Below, one piece after another: positions 17,492-26,900 of a DNA stretch of 64,000 nt (position 1 is the first letter of the stretch; each line of letters opens with the position of its first letter). The stretch is taken from positions 12,327 through 76,326 of the forward strand of contig CAYVCQ010000015.1 of NCBI GenBank assembly GCA_964450405.1, given 5' to 3'. The stretch is from an uncultured Leptospirales bacterium. Its GTDB lineage: Bacteria > Spirochaetota > UBA4802 > UBA5550. A model generated the notes under the pieces. The model searched no databases. It saw only the letters and a list, made by a program, of their open reading frames with translations, and was not told the origin of the DNA. The translations under genes and the position numbers were made by a program.

Positions 17492-18853
17492 TCACACTTT
17501 ACGGATTCCCTTTTTCTTTAAGGGTTCCGAAATACTGACAGAACCTTCGCCGGCTAGATCAGTAAGACTGAGTTCACCTTCGGTACCGCTAAGTTCAGAC
17601 ACCGAAAGCCATCCCTTTTCAACAGAACCAAACCTTGACTGTATCTTCAGAACTGACTCGTTAACTCTGCTTCTGAAAAATGGATTAATACTCTTTCCGC
17701 CACGGTGCAGGAGTTTTTCAACAGACTGTATATTTCCGCATGTTGCAAGAGCCTCAACTGCGCCGTCTACAATATCGTCATCTGTATGATCCAGAAGAGG
17801 TTCAAGAAATGATCTTAAGTTTTCATTTTCGAATTTCTTAAATGTTTTAAGAATCTCCAGCTTTAATTTTTTTTTGTTATAATTAGTAAAAACATCGACA
17901 AGGGCCGTTGAAGATTTTTTAAACAGAGCATCACCAAAAGCCGTAACAGCAAGTAGAACAAGCTTGTCATCAGCAATTTTTTCTTTACTGATAATTTTCA
18001 GAATATGATTCAATCCCGCGGCACCGAGATTTAATCCAGCTTCAAACTGAATCGGAAGATAAACATCATCAAGGCAGGTTTTTAACAGTGTATCAATTTC
18101 CTTGTCACGGGGATAATTTTCCATAAGAACTTTCAGGCAATTCAATCGGACTTTGCTGATAGGATCGTGAGTGACATTTTTAATATGAAGTTTTCTTAAA
18201 TCGGAATATGACATTATCATTTTGGTTAATGTAAAAATAGTATTAATATTTTTAAGAACCATTTCAGTCGAATTGTTATCCAGTTCTTTATAATAGATAT
18301 GAATTTTATCATTGGAGATGCGAACATAATCGGAACTCTGCGCCAGTAATAAAACTTCTTTCCTCAAATTATAAGTAAGTATGGCAACAACTGTATTCAG
18401 ACTGTTTTTATAACTTGTTTCCATTTTAAGATCAAACTCAACATCACCTGATTCAACAGACTCATACCACCAGTCAGACTCAGATACCGGCTGCTTTGAA
18501 TCTACTTTTGTAATGTGGAATTTTTCTTCAAAAGGAGTATTAAATCTGACACCGAATTCGAACACCTGGAGGTATTTATCATCGATATGTATTTTATTTA
18601 TCTGCGCAAAGAAATCATAATCATCCATTTTGCCATATAAAACCGGGAATGAGAACATACCTACATTGGCAAGTTTGAAACCCAATTTTTTGGCTATTGC
18701 AGAGAAAATAAAATTACCGGTTTTTGATATGCTTCTATTACTTTGAAAATTTTGAGCGGGTGTAGATAAATATAAAATATAAATACCTATCAAAACAGCA
18801 GAAATAGCTTTCAGTACGTAAAAAAAAGTTTCCATCGAGGAATTACCATCCAT
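17492..18853 (-). CDS. Membrane-anchored hypothetical protein with C-terminal HEAT-like repeats
   Basis: N-terminal TM (FFYVLKAISAVLIGIYILYL). The C-terminal half has HEAT/PBS-lyase-like helices (DDDIVDGAVEALATCGNIQSVEKLL). Confidence 0.6.
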   Translation of the reverse strand: MDGNSSMETFFYVLKAISAVLIGIYILYLSTPAQNFQSNRSISKTGNFIFSAIAKKLGFKLANVGMFSFPVLYGKMDDYDFFAQINKIHIDDKYLQVFEFGVRFNTPFEEKFHITKVDSKQPVSESDWWYESVESGDVEFDLKMETSYKNSLNTVVAILTYNLRKEVLLLAQSSDYVRISNDKIHIYYKELDNNSTEMVLKNINTIFTLTKMIMSYSDLRKLHIKNVTHDPISKVRLNCLKVLMENYPRDKEIDTLLKTCLDDVYLPIQFEAGLNLGAAGLNHILKIISKEKIADDKLVLLAVTAFGDALFKKSSTALVDVFTNYNKKKLKLEILKTFKKFENENLRSFLEPLLDHTDDDIVDGAVEALATCGNIQSVEKLLHRGGKSINPFFRSRVNESVLKIQSRFGSVEKGWLSVSELSGTEGELSLTDLAGEGSVSISEPLKKKGIRKV

Positions 18854-18894
18854 TCAAAGCTGGTGAAGCATTTTCACTTTTAAATATATATCTT

Positions 18895-20163
18895 TTAATC
18901 GAGTGTCAAATTGTTATTGATAAAGTCTATATATGTTTTAACAGACTTTTTGTAAATACTCTCGGGAGATTGAAGTAGAATAAAGTATATTATTTTTCCG
19001 CTGAATCTGGTATAGAAATTCTCATACTTAAGGATGAAGTTGCCTTTCAATTCACCGAGCATGGGATACTCGATAATCACACCTGGATTAACCGGTTCCT
19101 CCCGTTCTATAAACATCATCGTGGTTCTTATGCCCCCCTCATCCTTTGAAGTTTCAGAATCAGAAACTTCATATATTTCATCAGAATTGAATTTGTTTTT
19201 TATACTGATTTTTTTAGCATTCGGGAATGCGGAGGTAATTCTTTTTATAAACAGGCTCTTGTCTTCACCTTTATCCGGTATATATGAGATTATACTGATT
19301 CTTGAATTTACATCAGATTTATTTTTTCCTTTAATTTTTTCGGTTTCAATCATAGCTATGTTCTTTTTTTCATTGAATCCTGTGAATTTAGAGGTCCAGT
19401 TTTTGCTGCTTTTAATTCTTATCCCAAGCGGAACAGACAGGTATATCTCTTCATCAGAAGCTTTTTTCCAGAATTGTTTATTTTCATATTTTTCCCCCGG
19501 ATCCGAGATTAAAGCCAGTTTTTTTATTTTAGTATAAGAATCATAAAAAGGTTCTTCTTCAATTTTTTTGTATTCAGCTTTATTCTTTGACATATTTTCA
19601 AATGCCATAAGATAGTTTAAATGCATCATGCATATCAGTGAACTGTCGGCATAATCTCCCCAGAATGCCCAGTGCAGTGAGGAAGGTTCAGCTTCATTAA
19701 TAATTTCTCTATAACTTTCAATACCAGGCTTGTCGTGTCCGGAAAGGCATTGATGCTGTCCGATGAACCAGTTTGCCCTGTAATCTCTTTTGTCTATTTT
19801 TTTTGCTGTCTCGTAAAAATTAAGGGCAGGATTGTAATATTTGATAGCATCCAGATTATAGAGATAATGAGCAATGTCCCCTTTTAAAAGATAGTAATCA
19901 ATATTCTTTTTATTCTTAGATTCGAGATTGTTAAGTTTTTTAAGCAGATCTTCAAGTCTATCTATTACGCTTTCTCTTGTAACCGGGAAAGTCCATGTTA
20001 TCTGGAAATGCCGATACATCCCCTGGTTCTCCCAGAGATAATCTATTTCTTTTTCAAGCGATTTCCAATCGTTGATAGCTCCAATGTTGATCGCCTGCAG
20101 GTTCGCCATTAAATTACCGGCAGTAAAAAATAAAAAAAACAGAATAATAACAAATCTTTTCAT
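18895..20163 (-). CDS. Hypothetical secreted protein
   Basis: Signal peptide MKRFVIILFFLFFTAGNLMA. Lies 41 nt upstream of the next gene on the same strand. No recognisable domain. Confidence 0.6.
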   Translation of the reverse strand: MKRFVIILFFLFFTAGNLMANLQAINIGAINDWKSLEKEIDYLWENQGMYRHFQITWTFPVTRESVIDRLEDLLKKLNNLESKNKKNIDYYLLKGDIAHYLYNLDAIKYYNPALNFYETAKKIDKRDYRANWFIGQHQCLSGHDKPGIESYREIINEAEPSSLHWAFWGDYADSSLICMMHLNYLMAFENMSKNKAEYKKIEEEPFYDSYTKIKKLALISDPGEKYENKQFWKKASDEEIYLSVPLGIRIKSSKNWTSKFTGFNEKKNIAMIETEKIKGKNKSDVNSRISIISYIPDKGEDKSLFIKRITSAFPNAKKISIKNKFNSDEIYEVSDSETSKDEGGIRTTMMFIEREEPVNPGVIIEYPMLGELKGNFILKYENFYTRFSGKIIYFILLQSPESIYKKSVKTYIDFINNNLTLD

Positions 20164-20597
20164 AATAAATTGTTTCCTCCAATTTCTCTAGGGATAAGAA
20201 TTATCTTTATTATTGCATTAAGTTTAGGATTTTCTATAAATAAACTGAATTAAACAACGAGAGATTTTAAAACCCATTGGATATAAATAGACAGATTAAA
20301 TATTACCCGCATAACCTGAATCAGTTATCTTGTTTTTATTCAAATAATTATTAAACATAAAAGTCAATAATAACACTAAAACATAGACTATGGCAAATAG
20401 TAAAAAAATGAATTAAAAAAAAACTAATGGTTCAATATATAAATTTTTTTTCAATATTATTTCCATTGATAATAATATGTTTTATTTTATCCTGTTCGTT
20501 ACTATTTAAATATAAGCTGAAGATTAAACCTGCTATTAGGACAATCCCGTATTGCAGCACAAAGCAGATACAAAATTCAGATGGGCAGGAGCTGCTA

Positions 20598-20825
20598 TTA
20601 ATCCTTAAAGTAGGCAATAGCTGGTCTAATTGAAAATATCACTGCCAGAATAAGGATTACCGGAATATATTGAATGATATATTCATGGAAGTAAGCACCA
20701 CCTGCAATACCAAATAGGAAAGCGCAAACCTTCAACAGCCAGGCATCCCACCAATTCCATATTTTAGTTCTGAAGAGTTTCATAATAATTTCCATCAATA
20801 AGTACTGAGTAATAAGTACCTTCAA
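20598..20825 (-). CDS. Small two-TM membrane protein (hypothetical; start uncertain, alternative ATG at 20783)
   Basis: Two hydrophobic segments (LLKVCAFLFGIAGGAYF, YIPVILILAVIFSI). Supported by the ORF only. Confidence 0.35.
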   Translation of the reverse strand: MKVLITQYLLMEIIMKLFRTKIWNWWDAWLLKVCAFLFGIAGGAYFHEYIIQYIPVILILAVIFSIRPAIAYFKD

Positions 20826-21002
20826 TTGACTATTGGTTAAAAATAAATCATAGTATAGGTTGCTTTTTAAATGCAGGAAAAGCGATAAATTTCAGAGAGT
20901 TTTATCGTAACTCTCAAAAGTTAAATGATCTGAATTTAAGTTTATCTGTAGTATTATTTAATATGCTAAAAATATGAAAATTCAAAATCACAATCGGCTT
21001 TA

Positions 21003-21242
21003 TCAATCGGGGATTGAGGGACCTTGTCGATTACAATGATTGGTGCATTCTTTGAACTGTTCTGTGCATTTTTGTTTTTCTTTCTTTGCTTTTTCATTAT
21101 TCCGTTTGTCTATAGACTTTAAGCATGCTGTATACCTGTTATTGCAGGCCGGAGTACATTCTGATCTATTATCATAAGCGATCAGATCACCGCAAATAAA
21201 AAGAGATAAAATAAATATAGTTGTTAAAAATATTTTAATCAT
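21003..21242 (-). CDS. Small secreted Cys-rich protein with mirror-symmetric CX3C-X6-C...C-X6-CX3C pattern
   Basis: Signal peptide, then C29-x3-C33-x6-C40-x18-C59-x6-C66-x3-C70. Lies 18 nt downstream of the 260-aa membrane protein gene. Confidence 0.5.
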   Translation of the reverse strand: MIKIFLTTIFILSLFICGDLIAYDNRSECTPACNNRYTACLKSIDKRNNEKAKKEKQKCTEQFKECTNHCNRQGPSIPD

Positions 21243-21260
21243 ATGTTTTATTTACAAATT

Positions 21261-22043
21261 TCATTTTAGTAGAATTTTAACGATTTCGGATATCTTTGAT
21301 GCTTCAGGGAAAAATGCGTGCATTGCAAGTCCGGCAATTAATGCCAGTAAAATAATTAAAGAGAACTGTTTCCATGTTGCTTTAAAAACACTGCCGAGCC
21401 AATCAGGGTCGTGCATTGCTTTTGTTTTTCTGATTAAACTCATGGCAAGCACAGAGTCAAATGCAGCTTCAGAAAGAATTGCCGGTGCCTGATAAATGAT
21501 GTACGCACCCGCTCCAAAAATCACCACCAGTAAGAGTGCAAATAATGCCAGAACAATAACAACACCGATCCCTTCATCGATATCAATATCCATAGAACCA
21601 AGAATTCCGCTTCCGGGCGATGAGCCGGATGACGATCCGGAGGCTGCACCGGATACAGTTTCACCAAAGGTGCCGCTTGCACCGCCGCCGCCGAATTGCC
21701 CGCCGCCGGGTTTAAATGCTTCAACACCCGAAGAACCCGGGAAGTCCGGTGATCCGGCAGAAAAGGAATCTATAACTATATCAGAAGCCGTGTCGGATCT
21801 TTTTGAGTTCAGTGCAATAGAAGGTGTGATAATCCACAGCCATATCTTAATTGCAATAAAAAACACACAATATGAAAACACAACCGTGACGGGATATCGG
21901 ATTGCAGGATTATGAAGCCCTGCTAAAAGCATTATCTTTGATCCGATAAGCCCGGCAGTTGCCGCCGACATAAGGATAAGCGTCATATGTATTCTTAAAG
22001 AAAAACGCCTGCTTAATTTTGTTAGAAATTTTGTATTGTTCAT
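21261..22043 (-). CDS. Polytopic membrane protein with central Gly/Ser-rich linker (hypothetical)
   Basis: Three N-terminal TM segments, linker GGGQFGGGGASGTFGETVSGAASGSSSGSSPGSG, then two or more C-terminal TM segments. Confidence 0.6.
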   Translation of the reverse strand: MNNTKFLTKLSRRFSLRIHMTLILMSAATAGLIGSKIMLLAGLHNPAIRYPVTVVFSYCVFFIAIKIWLWIITPSIALNSKRSDTASDIVIDSFSAGSPDFPGSSGVEAFKPGGGQFGGGGASGTFGETVSGAASGSSSGSSPGSGILGSMDIDIDEGIGVVIVLALFALLLVVIFGAGAYIIYQAPAILSEAAFDSVLAMSLIRKTKAMHDPDWLGSVFKATWKQFSLIILLALIAGLAMHAFFPEASKISEIVKILLK

Positions 22044-22182
22044 ATTAATAATTATAGTTCAGATAATAAAAAAATCAATAAAAATATTGTATAATTTATA
22101 TTTCTTAAAGTAACTGCTCAAAAAACTCCGTTATTCTTTCTACTCCGCGGTGAAGAACGATTTAATACCAGTTTAAAAGTAT

Positions 22183-22806
22183 TTACTTATAAAATACCAT
22201 AACACTCGTTCCGCTTATTTCCAGTTCCTTGAAAGATTCAGCACCAATAGTCTTTGCGATTTCATCAAATGGAAGTTTAATAAATACATCATAATGACTC
22301 CCTTCAAGCCATTCGACAAAAGCAGCAGCGGGATGCCACTTTTTACTGTGGTCGAGTATCATCACGCCTTCGCGTGCTACATTCAAAAGACTCTTCAGAA
22401 TCTCATGTTCATGATCTTCAGAAAAAAGATGGAGAGCAAAAGACACAAAGGCCCAATCATAGGAGTCTGCATTTTTATTGATGGAGAGAATATCTCCTTC
22501 GGAAAAAGAGATATTCTGCACAACATCTTGAGCTCTATCACCGGCCCGTTTCAGCATGCCTGCTGATCTATCGATACCCTCAACATGCGAAAATAATTCC
22601 GCAAGCTTGAGCGTTAATAAGCCCGATCCGCAGGCATATTCAATAGCCGTCTTTGATTCTATATCCGGAATATGCGCAATGACTCTGTTGACAACTTTCG
22701 AAACAGAGTCATTCAGGGATTTTTCAATCATTCCATATAATAGGCAAAACCAGTTATAAAAATTTCTCATAGAACTTTGCGAACGTCGTCGTGTTATAAA
22801 TGACAT
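22183..22806 (-). CDS. Class I SAM-dependent methyltransferase
   Basis: Motif I EYACGSGLLTLKLA, followed by GIDRSAGML and FSEGDIL. Confidence 0.8.
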   Translation of the reverse strand: MSFITRRRSQSSMRNFYNWFCLLYGMIEKSLNDSVSKVVNRVIAHIPDIESKTAIEYACGSGLLTLKLAELFSHVEGIDRSAGMLKRAGDRAQDVVQNISFSEGDILSINKNADSYDWAFVSFALHLFSEDHEHEILKSLLNVAREGVMILDHSKKWHPAAAFVEWLEGSHYDVFIKLPFDEIAKTIGAESFKELEISGTSVMVFYK

Positions 22807-23210
22807 AGGCCCTCAATTAGAAAAATTATTTCTTATACAATAGATATTGAACTGAAAATATAGAGATACTTAAATTTAAACAAATTAAACCAGATATAAA
22901 AACAAAATATATTTTCATAAAGTAATATTTAATAAAATATATTGTTTAATCTAAAAAGATTTAAATTAGCCACTCTGTCAAACATAATCAATGCAAAATA
23001 ATTTATTAAAATAAAAATTAAAAATATTTTAAGATGCACCATCGAAAAATAATAGGGAAGTGCAGAAATTATCTACTGCAGTGCAAAGATTAAAATACCA
23101 GAATAAATTCATATTTCAATAAGTCCTTTAAATTTTACTTGCGAAAGTTAATTTATATTTATAAGAGGATAACATTTTATAAAATTTAATTTTACACACG
23201 AGAGGTTTTT

Positions 23211-23792
23211 ATGTCAGAACATTCAGTTCCAGTAGGTATATCCAGCCGTCATGTTCATCTATGTCAGGCTGATCTTGAAACTCTTTTTGGATCGGGTCAT
23301 ACGCTAACTTCGATGAAACCGCTTTCTCAGCCGGGACAATATGCGGCGGAAGAGCTTGTAAATTTAATCGGTCCTAAAAACTCTATAAATAATGTACGTA
23401 TACTCGGTCCGGTAAGACCAGCGACACAGGTGGAAATTTCACGCACCGATGGTTTCCTCCTTGGTGTTTCAGCTCCGGTTCGTGATTCGGGAGATTTAAA
23501 GGGCTCTGCGGGTATTATAATCGAAGGTCCTAAGGGAAAAATTGAATTAAAAGAGGGAGTTATTCAGGCTCAGCGTCATGTCCACCTGCATACAACAGAA
23601 GCGGCAGAGATGGGTGTTGCAGATAAACAGTGGGCATCTGTTAAAGTCGGAGGTGAACGGTCACTGACATTTGAAAAAGTTCTTCTTAGAGTAAATGCAA
23701 ATTACGCCAGAGATTTTCACATCGATACCGATGAAGGAAATGCCGCGGGATTAAAAACCGGCGAACAGGCTGTTATGATTATTGATAAATAA
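23211..23792 (+). CDS. pduL: Phosphate propanoyltransferase / PduL-type phosphotransacylase
   Basis: PVGISSRHVHL and AQRHVHL duplicated motifs, ILGPVRPATQVEISRTD and HIDTDEGNAA are diagnostic PduL strings. Confidence 0.9.
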   Translation: MSEHSVPVGISSRHVHLCQADLETLFGSGHTLTSMKPLSQPGQYAAEELVNLIGPKNSINNVRILGPVRPATQVEISRTDGFLLGVSAPVRDSGDLKGSAGIIIEGPKGKIELKEGVIQAQRHVHLHTTEAAEMGVADKQWASVKVGGERSLTFEKVLLRVNANYARDFHIDTDEGNAAGLKTGEQAVMIIDK

Positions 23793-23822
23793 AGCTTACT
23801 ATGGTATAGCTAAATCTTTACA

Positions 23823-23893
23823 GGGTCTAAGGGGCGGTAGCCCCTTTAATAAGCCCCGCAGGGCTCCCTGCGGTTCCCAAAACGGAGTTTTGG
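23823..23893. repeat. Multi-hairpin intergenic repeat, copy 1 (second copy at 54296-54358)
   Basis: gggtctaagggg..cccctt, ccgcagggctccctgcgg and cccaaaacggagttttggg hairpins. About 80 percent identical by eye to the 54.3 kb copy. Both lie just 3' of plus-strand genes. Confidence 0.5.
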
Positions 23894-23930
23894 GGACTGC
23901 CATATTGTACACCAACATAAGAAGGTTAAA

Positions 23931-24497
23931 ATGAAATCAAAACTATCATTAATGATTCGTCTTTTTTTTCTATTTCTGTTCATGCTGACTGCAGGTTATT
24001 CATATTCGCAATCGATGACAGATGAAGAAACAAAACTTTATAATATTATGATGGAATATAGAAAAGATAAAGGTTTACCTGTCATTCCTGTTTCAAAATC
24101 ACTTACAATGGTTGCTCAGACACATGTAAAGGATCTGCAGAACAATAAACCTGATCAGGGGAGATGTAATGCTCACAGCTGGTCGTCCAAAGGTAAATGG
24201 AGTTCCTGCTGTTATACTCCGGACCATGCACAGGCAAAATGCATGTGGAGTAAACCGGGTGAGCTGACTTCATACAGCGGCAATGGTTATGAAATTGCCT
24301 TCGGGTCAAGCAATGCGCGATATAATGGCTATGTTCTCACTGCTGAAGATGCGCTTAAGGGGTGGCAGGGAAGTCCGGGTCACAATGCAGTAATTGTTAA
24401 CAGCGGTATCTGGAAAGATTTACACTGGAATGCAATTGGAGTCGGCATCTATGGCGGTTTTGCGGTAGTATGGTTCGGGGCAGAAGAAGATAAATAA
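23931..24497 (+). CDS. Secreted CAP/SCP/PR1-like domain protein
   Basis: Signal peptide. YRKDKGLPVIPVSKSLTMVAQTHVKDL and GWQGSPGHNAVIVN are typical of the CAP (cysteine-rich secretory protein) family. Confidence 0.8.
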   Translation: MKSKLSLMIRLFFLFLFMLTAGYSYSQSMTDEETKLYNIMMEYRKDKGLPVIPVSKSLTMVAQTHVKDLQNNKPDQGRCNAHSWSSKGKWSSCCYTPDHAQAKCMWSKPGELTSYSGNGYEIAFGSSNARYNGYVLTAEDALKGWQGSPGHNAVIVNSGIWKDLHWNAIGVGIYGGFAVVWFGAEEDK

Positions 24498-24770
24498 TTT
24501 ACCGGAAGAATCCGTTGTAGAATCGGCATTGCATTCTGACTTTAGTATATCTGATATTGAACCGTTTTACAACATGTACTAAAAATCAGAAAGGCTGCAA
24601 TGCATAGAACCAGCAATCCGACCGTATGAGTTTTAATCAAACTTGCGGCAGTGGGTAATTTATAAAATCTTAAAATATTATCCCGTATTAAATCTCTGTG
24701 CCTCTGTGTCTCTGTGGCTAATTTATTTAATTTGAGCATAAATCATCATGTCGAAGCACTGGATATTTAA

Positions 24771-26513
24771 TTATAAACCGCTCAGGTTTAAATTTTTTAT
24801 TATAATCTCAAGTAGAAGATTTATATCAAGCGGCTTGGTAATAAAAGATGTGCATCCCGCTTCTATACACTTTAATCTGTCCTCCTCAAAGGCATTGCCG
24901 GTCTGCGCAATAATAGGTATAGATAAATTAAATTCCCGTATTTTTTTTGTTGCCTCATATCCGCTCATAACAGGGAGCTGGATATCCATCAGGATAAGAA
25001 GAATATCAGTGTTTTCTCTTGCAAACTCTACAGCATCATGTCCGTTAGCTGCTCTGATTATTGTAAAACCCTGTTTAAGAAGAACCCGCTCCAGATACCT
25101 GAAGCTGTCATCATTATCTTCAACAATGAGAATAAGAGCTTTATCAAAATCAGGCATTACAGCGTGAGTAACTGCTTCATTTATAGTCTCGGGAATCGGG
25201 GATGAGGCTCTGTATGGAATGGTAAAGTAAAAAGTTGAGCCGGTATTTATCCCTGACTCCACCCATATTTTTCCACCCATAAGCTCTATAAGACGGCGGG
25301 TTATGCTTAATCCAAGGCCGGTTCCGCCATATTTTCTTGTGTGTGAATCGTCCACCTGTTTGAATATATCAAATATCATTTTCTGATCGGAATCTCCAAT
25401 TCCTATTCCGGTATCTTTTACATAAAAAAGAAGATTCTGATTTTTTGTTTTACCGATTTTCTGAAGTGAGTACCCGAATTCAATACTCCCTGTATTTGTG
25501 AATTTGCATGCGTTACCCAGCAGATTTAAAAAAGTCTGCCTTATCCGTATATCATCAGCTAAGATAAAGGCTGACTGATTATCAAAGTGCAGAAAACATT
25601 TTAACTCGATTGCCTTATTGCCGGTACTGATGTGAATTTTAAAGAAATCCAGAAGGTCGAGCATTAATGTATTAAGATTAAATGAACTGTCGTTAATCGT
25701 GGTATGACCGGCTTCAATACGTGAGATATTTATTACATCATTTATAAGTTTCAGGAGATGATTTCCGCTGTTTTTAATTATATTTAAATAGTGGTCTTTT
25801 TCGTGTTCAGTTAAATCCTTTTCCCGTAACAATTCCGAAAAACCGAGTATCCCGTTCATGGGAGTACGTATCTCGTGGGAGATGTTGGCTAAAAAATATG
25901 TTTTTAAGAGATTGTTCTCCTCGGCTTTAAATCTTTCCACATCAATATTTTTCTTAATAAAGATTATAACAACAGTCAGGATAATCAGTGAAAACCCGAG
26001 AGTCATTGAAATATCGGCAAACTGCTGCTCCCGATTCAGGTATGGCGTTACTAAGTCGGGTCTCTTATACTCGACTATAATCACAGTAAAAATTTCAGTA
26101 ATAAACAGCATTGATGTATAAATCTTCCCGATCCCTCTTGTAATAATAATAAAGAGAACAAGAACAATAATACCAACGTAGAGGGTTGATCCCATAAGAC
26201 CTGAATTCAGAAACCATGAAAACGGAAAAGCAGTCATAATAAAAATAACAAATGTCAGTAAAACAGGTTTATAATATTTTTTAAAACGGGATAAATAGTA
26301 AAGTACTGTAAAAATTACGCATCCCGTAGTCATTATGAATGTTAGCAGTATATTCAAATTAATTATAATATTTACAATTGTGGCAAGCAGTCCGATTATC
26401 ATTGAATAAAAGAGGGTGCCGTTTAAAAAACGGTGTTCAAGAAAAAATATATCGGCATCTCCTATAATGATAGAGAAAATTCTCTTTCTGAGTTTTTTTA
26501 AATCGATCTTCAT
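24771..26513 (-). CDS. Hybrid sensor histidine kinase / response regulator with multi-TM N-terminus
   Basis: About six TM segments. H-box ANISHEIRTPMNGILGFSELL, G-boxes DTGIGI and GGTGLGLSI, and a C-terminal receiver ILIVEDNDD...LILMDIQLPVMSG. Confidence 0.9.
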   Translation of the reverse strand: MKIDLKKLRKRIFSIIIGDADIFFLEHRFLNGTLFYSMIIGLLATIVNIIINLNILLTFIMTTGCVIFTVLYYLSRFKKYYKPVLLTFVIFIMTAFPFSWFLNSGLMGSTLYVGIIVLVLFIIITRGIGKIYTSMLFITEIFTVIIVEYKRPDLVTPYLNREQQFADISMTLGFSLIILTVVIIFIKKNIDVERFKAEENNLLKTYFLANISHEIRTPMNGILGFSELLREKDLTEHEKDHYLNIIKNSGNHLLKLINDVINISRIEAGHTTINDSSFNLNTLMLDLLDFFKIHISTGNKAIELKCFLHFDNQSAFILADDIRIRQTFLNLLGNACKFTNTGSIEFGYSLQKIGKTKNQNLLFYVKDTGIGIGDSDQKMIFDIFKQVDDSHTRKYGGTGLGLSITRRLIELMGGKIWVESGINTGSTFYFTIPYRASSPIPETINEAVTHAVMPDFDKALILIVEDNDDSFRYLERVLLKQGFTIIRAANGHDAVEFARENTDILLILMDIQLPVMSGYEATKKIREFNLSIPIIAQTGNAFEEDRLKCIEAGCTSFITKPLDINLLLEIIIKNLNLSGL

Positions 26514-26900
26514 AGGTTACTAATATCATCCCGGTCATTCTATCAAAATAAGAACCAAGAGGTGTAAAAGACCTCTTTAATAGAATTCATTATTATTGTG
26601 TAATAAAAAAAATCAACGAATTATTATACAGTTATTACTTAATGAACAATATAATACAACTTTCTGTTTTTTTTATTTTAAATATTACACAGATTAATCC
26701 GTCCTAGATTTGCATTTGTGAATGTAAATACTTGAAATGTTATACAGTCAAAACTTCTTATTTCCAGCTAGTCTTAAATAAAGACATCTGCTATTGAGAT
26801 GACGATTTTAATATAATGTGTATATATGTTGCAGACCGTCCGGACTGTATATTTTTTCAGCGGTTTGATTTTATGATGTTTTATTCTTCCAGGAGGGAGT

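Noticed and set aside
17316-17789. A plus-strand frame continues in frame from the duplicated junction 39-mer (YINSTVHFQPIKGG...) into ORF 17448-17789. It was considered as an orphan alternative toxin C-terminus.
   Set aside because: It runs antisense to the better-supported HEAT-repeat gene 17492-18853. Its sequence is Ser/Pro/Leu-rich and low in complexity, as is typical of shadow frames, and no immunity-like ORF follows it.
21496-21915. A 139-aa plus-strand Pro-rich ORF.
   Set aside because: It is the antisense shadow of the Gly/Ser-rich linker of the 21261-22043 membrane protein.
23139-23165. A TTGCGA ... TATAAG promoter-like pair upstream of pduL.
   Set aside because: The spacer is only 15 nt for the best -10 match. 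In AT-rich DNA such matches are frequent, so I did not call a promoter.
24542-24739. A 65-aa minus-strand ORF containing TETQRHRD, encoded by ctctgtgcctctgtgtctctgtgg.
   Set aside because: The low-complexity CTCTGTG repeat tract lies in an intergenic region, and there is no RBS or coding signal.
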